A stretch of DNA of 64,000 nucleotides from Auanema rhodensis (lineage: Eukaryota; Animalia; Nematoda): positions 18,166,001 through 18,230,000 of the forward strand of contig OZ059895.1 in the NCBI GenBank assembly GCA_964057225.1, written 5' to 3'. Positions 55,631-64,000 of the stretch are shown here, piece after piece; within the stretch, counting starts at the first letter, position 1; every line of letters begins with the position of its first letter. The notes beneath the pieces were generated by a model that was not told the DNA's origin, ran no database searches, and saw only the letters and a list, made by a program, of their open reading frames with translations. A program made the position numbers and the translations under genes.

Positions 55631-58600
55631 TGGAGATATGGGGAATTGAACCCCAGCCCTCTCCCATGCTAAGGGAGCGCTCTACCACTGAGCTATATCC
55701 CCACACATGTACGTGTTTCAAGTTGTATATTCAAACCTTCAGTACCTCGAGACTATAAATGAAATATTGGAGGTGAAACCAAGTGCTGTCTACGTTCTTT
55801 CAAATAGAAATTAATAGAATACTTTCTGTATTATGACGCTTGAAGCATTTCCCAATGTCTTTATCTTCTACATTTTCAAAACAAAAAGGATTTCTGGAGA
55901 TATGGGGAATTGAACCCCAGCCCTCTCCCATGCTAAGGGAGCGCTCTACCACTGAGCTATATCCCCACACATGTACGTGTTTCAAGTTGTATAATCAAAC
56001 CTTCAGTACCTCGAGACTATAAATGAAATATTGGAGGTGAAACCAAGTGCTGTCTACGTTGTTTCAAATAGAAATTAATAGAATACTTTCTGTATTATGA
56101 CGCTTGAAGCATTTCCCAATGTCTTTATCTTCTACATTTTCAAAACAAAAAGGATTTCTGGAGATATGGGGAATTGAACCCCAGCCCTCTCCCATGCTAA
56201 GGGAGCGCTCTACCACTGAGCTATATCCCCCCACACATGTACGTGTTTCAAGTTGTTTATTCAAACCTTCAGTACCTCGAGACTATAAATGAAATATTGG
56301 AGGTGAAACCAAGTGCTGTCTACGTTGTTTCAAATAGAAATTAATAGAATACTTTCTGTATTATGACGCTTGAAGCATTTCCCAATGTCTTTATCTTCTA
56401 CATTTTCAAAACAAAAAGGATTTCTGGAGATATGGGGAATTGAACCCCAGCCCTCTCCCATGCTAAGGGAGCGCTCTACCACTGAGCTATATCCCCACAC
56501 ATGTACGTGTTTCAAGTTGTATAATCAAACCTTCAGTACCTCGAGACTATAAATGAAATATTGGAGGTGAAACCAAGTGCTGTCTACGTTGTTTCAAATA
56601 GAAATTAATAGAATACTTTCTGTATTATGACGCTTGAAGCATTTCCCAATGTCATTATCTTCTACATTTTCAAAACAAAAAGGATTTCTGGAGATATGGG
56701 GAATTGAACCCCAGCCCTCTCCCATGCTAAGGGAGCGCTCTACCACTGAGCTATATCCCCACACATGTACGTGTTTCAAGTTGTATAATCAAACCTTCAG
56801 TACCTCGAGACTATAAATGAAATATTGGAGGTGAAACCAAGTGCTGTCTACGTTCTTTCAAATAGAAATTAATAGAATACTTTCTGTATTATGACGCTTG
56901 AAGCATTTCCCAATGTCTTTATCCTCTACATTTTCAAAACAAAAAGGATTTCTGGAGATATGGGGAATTGAACCCCAGCCCTCTCCCATGCTAAGGGAGC
57001 GCTCTACCACTGAGCTATATCCCCCCACACATGTACGTGTTTCAAGTTGTTTATTCAAACCTTCAGTACCTCGAGACTATAAATGAAATATTGGAGGTGA
57101 AACCAAGTGCTGTCTACGTTGTTTCAAATAGAAATTAATAGAATACTTTCTGTATTATGACGCTTGAAGCATTTCCCAATGTCATTATCTTCTACATTTT
57201 CAAAACAAAAAGGATTTCTGGAGATATGGGGAATTGAACCCCAGCCCTCTCCCATGCTAAGGGAGCGCTCTACCACTGAGCTATATTCCCACACATGTAC
57301 GTGTTTCAAGTTCTTTATTCAAACCTACAGTACCTCGAGCCTATAAATGAAATATTGGAGGTGAAACCAAGTGCTGTCTACGTTGTTTCAAATAGAAATT
57401 AATAGAATACTTTCTGTATTATGACGCTTGAAGCATTTTCCAATGTCATTATCTTCTACATTTTCAAAACAAAAAGGATTTCTGGAGATATGGGGAATTG
57501 AACCCCAGCCCTCTCCCATGCTAAGGGAGCGCTCTACCACTGAGCTATATCCCCACACATGTAAGTGTTTCAAGTTCTTTATTCAAACCTTCAGTACTTC
57601 GAGACTATAAATGAAATATTGGAGGTGAAACCAAGTGCTGTCTACGTTGTTTCAAATAGAAATTAATAGAATACTCTCTGTATTATGACGCTTGAAGCAT
57701 TTTCCAATGTCATTATCTTCTACATTTTCAAAACAAAAAGGATTTCTGGAGATATGGGGAATTGAACCCCAGCCCTCTCCCATGCTAAGGGAGCGCTCTA
57801 CCACTGAGCTATATCCCCACACATGTACGTGTTTCAAGTTGTTTATTCAAACCTTCAGTACTTCGAGACTATAAATGAAATATTGGAGGTGAAACCAAGT
57901 GCTGTCTACGTTGTTTCAAATAGAAATTAATAGAATACTCTCTGTATTATGACGCTTGAAGCATTTTCCAATGTCATTATCTTCTACATTTTCAAAACAA
58001 AAAGGATTTCTGGAGATATGGGGAATTGAACCCCAGCCCTCTCCCATGCTAAGGGAGCGCTCTACCACTGAGCTATATCCCCACACATGTACGTGTTTCA
58101 AGTTCTTTATTCAAACCTACAGTACCTCGAGACTATAAATGAAATATTGGAGGTGAAAACAAGTGCTGTCTACGTTGTTTCAAATAGAAATTAATAGAAT
58201 ACTTTCTGTATTATGACGCTTGAAGCATTTCCCAATGTCATTATCTTCTACATTTTCAAAACAAAAAGGATTTCTGGAGATATGGGGAATTGAACCCCAG
58301 CCCTCTCCCATGCTAAGGGAGCGCTCTACCACTGAGCTATATCCCCACACATGTACGTGTTTCAAGTTCTTTATTCAAACCTACAGTACCTCGAGCCTAT
58401 AAATGAAATATTGGAGGTGAAACCAAGTGCTGTCTACGTTGTTTCAAATAGAAATTAATAGAATACTTTCTGTATTATGACGCTTGAAGCATTTCTTAAT
58501 GGTATTATCTTCTACATTTTCAAAACAAAAAGGATTTCTGGAGATATGGGGAATTGAACCCCAGCCCTCTCCCATGCTAAGGGAGCGCTCTACCACTGAG

Positions 58601-61600
58601 CTATATCCCCACACATGTAAGTGTTTCAAGTTCTTTATTCAAACCTTCAGTACTTCGAGACTATAAATGAAATATTGGAGGTGAAACCAAGTGCTGTCTA
58701 CGTTGTTTCAAATAGAAATTAATAGAATACTTTCTGTATTATGACGCTTGAAGCATTTCTTAATGTCATTATCTTCTACATTTTCAAAACAAAAAGGATT
58801 TCTGGAGATATGGGGAATTGAACCCCAGCCCTCTCCCATGCTAAGGGAGCGCTCTACCACTGAGCTATATCCCCACACATATACGTGTTTCAAGTTCTTT
58901 ATTCAAACCTACAGTACCTCGAGACTATAAATGAAATATTGGAGGTGAAACCAAGTGCTGTCTACGTTGTTTCAAATAGAAATTAATAGAATACTTTCTG
59001 TATTATGACTCTTGAAGCATTTCCCAATGTCATTATCTTCTACATTTTCAAAACAAAAAGGATTTCTGGAGATATGGGGAATTGAACCCCAGCCCTCTTC
59101 CATGCTAAGGGAGCGCTCTACTACTGAGCTATATCTCCACACATGTACGTGTTTCAAGTTCTTTATTCAAACCTACAGTACCTCGAGACTATAAATGAAA
59201 TATTGGAGGTGAAACCAAGTGCTGTCTACGTTGTTTCAAATAGAAATTAATAGAATACTCTCTGTATTATGACGCTTGAAGCATTTTCCAATGTCATTAT
59301 CTTCTACATTTTCAAAACAAAAAGGATTTCTGGAGATATGGGGAATTGAACCCCAGCCCTCTCCCATGCTAAGGGAGCGCTCTACTACTGAGCTATATCC
59401 CCACACATATACGTGTTTCAAGTTCTTTATTCACACCTACAGTACCTCGAGACTATAAATGAAATATTGGAGGTGAAACCAAGTGCTGTCTACGTTGTTT
59501 CAAATAGAAATTAATAGAATACTTTCTGTATATTGACTCTTGAAGCATATCTTAATGTCATTATCTTCTACATTTTCAAAACAAAAAGGATTTCTGGAGA
59601 TATGGGGAATTGAACCCCAGCCCTCTCCCATGCTAAGGGAGCGCTCTACCACTGAGCTATATCCCCACACATGTACGTGTTTCAAGTTGTTTATTCAAAC
59701 CTACAGTACCTCGAGACTATAAATGAAATATTGGAGGTGAAACCAAGTGCTGTCTACGTTGTTTCAAATAGAAATTAATAGAATACTTTCTGTATATTGA
59801 CTCTTGAAGCATATCTTAATGTGATTATCTTCTACATTTTCAAAACAAAAAGGATTTCTGGAGATATGGGGAATTGAACCCCAGCCCTCTCCCATGCTAA
59901 GGGAGCGCTCTACCACTGAGCTATATCCCCACACATGTACGTGTTTTAAGTTGTTTATTCAAACCTTCAGTACCTCTAGACTATAAATGAAATATTGGAG
60001 GTGAAACCAAGTACTGTCTACGTTGTTTCAAATAGAAATCAATAGAATACTTTCTGTATTATGACGCTTGAAGCATTTCCCAATGTCATTATCTTCTACA
60101 TTTTCAAAACAAAAAGGATTTCTGGAGATATGGGGAATTGAACCCCAGCCCTCTCCCATGCTAAGGGAGCGCTCTACCACTGGGCTATATCCCCACACAT
60201 GTACGTGTTTCAAGTTCTTTATTCACACCTACAGTACCTCGAGACTATAAATGAAATATTGGAGGTGAAACCAAGTGCTGTCTACGTTGTTTCAAATAGA
60301 AATTAATAGAATACTTTCTGTATTATGACTCTTTAAGCATTTCTTAATGTCATTATCTTCTACATTTTCAAAACAAAAAGGATTTCTGGAGATATGGGGA
60401 ATTGAACCCCAGCCCTCTCCCATGCTAAGGGAGCGCTCTACCACTGAGCTATATCCCCACACATATACGTGTTTCAAGTTCTTTATTCACACCTACAGTA
60501 CCTCGAGACTATAAATGAAATATTGGAGGTGAAACCAAGTGCTGTCTACGTTGTTTTAAATAGAAATTAATAGAATACTTTCTGTATTATGACTCTTGAA
60601 GCATTTCTTAATGTCATCATCTTCTACATTTTCAAAACAAAAAGGATTTCTGGAGATATGGGGAATTGAACCCCAGCCCTCTCCCATGCTAAGGGAGCGC
60701 TCTACCACTGAGCTATATCCCCACACATGTACGTGTTTCAAGTTCTTTATTCAAACCTACAGTACCTCGAGACTATAAATGAAATATTGGAGGTGAAACC
60801 AAGTGCTGTCTACGTTGTTTCAAATAGAAATTAATAGAATACTTCCTGTATTATGACGCTTGAAGCATTTCTTAATGTCATTATCTTCTACATTTTCAAA
60901 ACAAAAAGGATTTCTGGAGATATGGGGAATTGAACCCCAGCCCTCTCCCATGCTAAGGGAGCGCTCTACTACTGAGCTATATCCCCACACATATACTTGT
61001 TTCAAGTTCTTTATTCACACCTACAGTACCTCGAGACTATAAATGAAATATTGGAGGTGAAACCAAGTGCTGTCTACGTTGTTTTAAATAGAAATTAATA
61101 GAATACTTTCTGTATTATGACTCTTGAAGCATTTCTTAATGTCATCATCTTCTACATTTTCAAAACAAAAAGGATTTCTGGAGATATGGGGAATTGAACC
61201 CCAGCCCTCTCCCATGCTAAGGGAGCGCTCTACCACTGAGCTATATCCCCACACATGTACGTGTTTCAAGTTCTTTATTCACACCTACAGTACCTCGAGA
61301 CTATAAATGAAATATTGGAGGTGAAACCAAGTGCTGTCTACGTTGTTTCAAATAGAAATTAATAGAATACTTTCTGTATATTGACTCTTGAAGCATATCT
61401 TAATGTCATTATCTTCTACATTTTCAAAACAAAAAGGATTTCTGGAGATATGGGGAATTGAACCCCAGCCCTCTCCCATGCTAAGGGAGCGCTCTACCAC
61501 TGAGCTATATCCCCACACATGTACGTGTTTCAAGTTCTTTATTCAAACCTACAGTACCTCGAGACTATAAATGAAATATTGGAGGTGAAACCAAGTGCTG

Positions 61601-63890
61601 TCTACGTTGTTTCAAATAGAAATTAATAGAATACTTCCTGTATTATGACGCTTGAAGCATTTCTTAATGTCATTATCTTCTACATTTTCAAAACAAAAAG
61701 GATTTCTGGAGATATGGGGAATTGAACCCCAGCCCTCTCCCATGCTAAGGGAGCGCTCTACTACTGAGCTATATCCCCACACATATACGTGTTTCATGTT
61801 CTTTATTCACACCTACAGTACCTCGAGACTATAAATGAAATATTGGAGGTGAAACCAAGTGCTGTCTACGTTGTTTCAAATAGAAATTAATAGAATACTT
61901 TCTGTATATTGACTCTTGAAGCATATCTTAATGTCATTATCTTCTACATTTTCAAAACAAAAAGGATTTCTGGAGATATGGGGAATTGAACCCCAGCCCT
62001 CTCCCATGCTAAGGGAGCGCTCTACTACTGAGCTATATCCCCACACATATACGTGTTTCAAGTTCTTTATTCACACCTACAGTACCTCGAGACTATAAAT
62101 GAAATATTGGAGGTGAAACCAAGTGCTGTCTACGTTGTTTCAAATAGAAATTAATAGAATACTTTCTGTATATTGACTCTTGAAGCATATCTTAATGTCA
62201 TTATCTTCTACATTTTCAAAACAAAAAGGATTTCTGGAGATATGGGGAATTGAACCCCAGCCCTCTCCCATGCTAAGGGAGCGCTCTACTACTGAGCTAT
62301 ATCCCCACACATATACGTGTTTCAAGTTCTTTATTCACACCTACAGTACCTCGAGACTATAAATGAAATATTGGAGGTGAAACCAAGTGCTGTCTACGTT
62401 GTTTCAAATAGAAATTAATAGAATACTTTCTGTATATTGACTCTTGAAGCATATCTTAATGTCATTATCTTCTACATTTTCAAAACAAAAAGGATTTCTG
62501 GAGATATGGGGAATTGAACCCCAGCCCTCTCCCATGCTAAGGGAGCGCTCTACTACTGAGCTATATCCCCACACATATACGTGTTTCAAGTTCTTTATTC
62601 ACACCTACAGTACCTCGAGACTATAAATGAAATATTGGAGGTGAAACCAAGTGCTGTCTACGTTGTTTCAAATAGAAATTAATAGAATACTTTCTGTATA
62701 TTGACTCTTGAAGCATATCTTAATGTCATTATCTTCTACATTTTCAAAACAAAAAGGATTTCTGGAGATATGGGGAATTGAACCCCAGCCCTCTCCCATG
62801 CTAAGGGAGCGCTCTACTACTGAGCTATATCCCCACACATATACGTGTTTCAAGTTCTTTATTCACACCTACAGTACCTCGAGACTATAAATGAAATATT
62901 GGAGGTGAAACCAAGTGCTGTCTACGTTGTTTCAAATAGAAATTAATAGAATACTTTCTGTATATTGACTCTTGAAGCATATCTTAATGTCATTATCTTC
63001 TACATTTTCAAAACAAAAAGGATTTCTGGAGATATGGGGAATTGAACCCCAGCCCTCTCCCATGCTAAGGGAGCGCTCTACTACTGAGCTATATCCCCAC
63101 ACATATACGTGTTTCAAGTTCTTTATTCACACCTACAGTACCTCGAGACTATAAATGAAATATTGGAGGTGAAACCAAGTGCTGTCTACGTTGTTTCAAA
63201 TAGAAATTAATAGAATACTTTCTGTATATTGACTCTTGAAGCATATCTTAATGTCATTATCTTCTACATTTTCAAAACAAAAAGGATTTCTGGAGATATG
63301 GGGAATTGAACCCCAGCCCTCTCCCATGCTAAGGGAGCGCTCTACCACTGAGCTATATCCCCACACATATACGTGTTTCAAGTTCTTTATTCACACCTAC
63401 AGTACCTCGAGACTATAAATGAAATATTGGAGGTGAAACCAAGTGCTGTCTACGTTGTTTTAAATAGAAATTAATAGAATACTTTCTGTATATTGACTCT
63501 TGAAGCATATCTTAATGTCATTATCTTCTACATTTTCAAAACAAAAAGGATTTCTGGAGATATGGGGAATTGAACCCCAGCCCTCTCCCATGCTAAGGGA
63601 GCGCTCTACCACTGAGCTATATCCCCACACATATACGTGTTTCAAGTTCTTTATTCACACCTACAGTACCTCGAGACTATAAATGAAATATTGGAGGTGA
63701 AACCAAGTGCTGTCTACGTTGTTTCAAATAGAAATTAATAGAATACTTTCTGTATTATGACTCTTGAAGCATTTCTTAATGTCATCATCTTCTACATTTT
63801 CAAAACAAAAAGGATTTCTGGAGATATGGGGAATTGAACCCCAGCCCTCTCCCATGCTAAGGGAGCGCTCTACCACTGAGCTATATCCCC
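55631..63890 (-). tRNA. tRNA-Ala-AGC: 32 tandem tRNA-Ala(AGC) genes (about 21 consensus, 11 variant)
   Basis: Consensus GGGGATATAGCTCAGTGGTAGAGCGCTCCCTTAGCATGGGAGAGGGCTGGGGTTCAATTCCCCATATCTCCA folds as a cloverleaf with anticodon AGC, G3:U70 and A73 alanine identity elements, and A and B boxes. The 72-bp copies have left coordinates 55631, 55895, 56159, 56425, 56689, 56953, 57219, then every 264 bp to 63819. Confidence 0.97.
59067..59138 (-). pseudogene. Degenerate tRNA-Ala(AGC) copy
   Basis: Three substitutions: G3>A (G3:U70 becomes A:U), G18>A in the D loop/A box, and a G>A creating a C:A mismatch in the anticodon stem. Confidence 0.75.
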
Positions 63891-64000
63891 ACACATGTAC
63901 GTGTTTCAAGTTCTTTATTCACACCTACAGTACCTCGAGACTATAAATGAAATATTGGAGGTGAAACCAAGTGCTGTCTACGTTGTTTCAAATAGAAATT

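Larger units (their letters stand above)
55614..64000 (-). repeat. Tandem array of 264-bp units (two units are 266 bp), at least 32 copies, running off the window end
   Basis: Constant 264-bp period is visible in the sequence and in the repeating ORF track. Each unit is a 72-bp tRNA plus a 192-bp spacer. Confidence 0.98.

Noticed and set aside
55700-55750. Hammerhead-ribozyme-like CTGAAGG...GAAA-CAC-loop-GTG-T immediately 5' of each tRNA (minus strand)
   Set aside because: A9 is G, stem II lacks the closing pair, the cleavage-site base would be G and stem I does not pair. Many units also change CTGA to CTGT.
55800-63946. About 60 repeated 60-66 aa ORFs on both strands
   Set aside because: They are translations of the tRNA repeat unit (GYSSVVERSLSMGEGWGSIP is the tRNA-Ala sequence read as codons) and start at non-ATG codons.
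55614-64000. CRISPR-like array
   Set aside because: The spacers are near-identical rather than unique, the unit is 264 bp, the context is eukaryotic and there are no cas genes.

Overview
AT-rich eukaryotic genomic DNA, almost certainly a nematode. The evidence is TTTCAG acceptors, many ~45-60 nt introns, trans-splice-like acceptors just before ATGs, and tRNAs nearly identical to C. elegans isoacceptors as I recall them. Because the genes are spliced, most entries in the ORF track are spurious or partial, and I assembled exons by hand. Left to right: a 4-TM protein gene (-), a TNFAIP8/TIPE gene with a GC-AG intron (+), a secreted C-type-lectin plus fibrinogen-domain gene (+), tRNA-Val(AAC), a long gene-poor stretch, a secreted Cys-rich protein with an Argos/giant-lens-like Cys pattern (+, 3' end not found), a set-18-like SMYD methyltransferase (-), an inverted near-identical pair of class-3 lipases, a STOML2/stl-1 gene (+), a CIB/calm-1 gene (-), and a non-alpha nicotinic acetylcholine receptor subunit (acr-3-like, -). 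The most striking structure is the last 8.4 kb: at least 32 tandem 264-bp units, each carrying a complete tRNA-Ala(AGC) gene with its own Pol III terminator. The array sits in sense orientation inside what appears to be an intron of the nAChR gene, and sequence variants are spreading through it. All family calls rest on motif recognition from memory; no database search was run.
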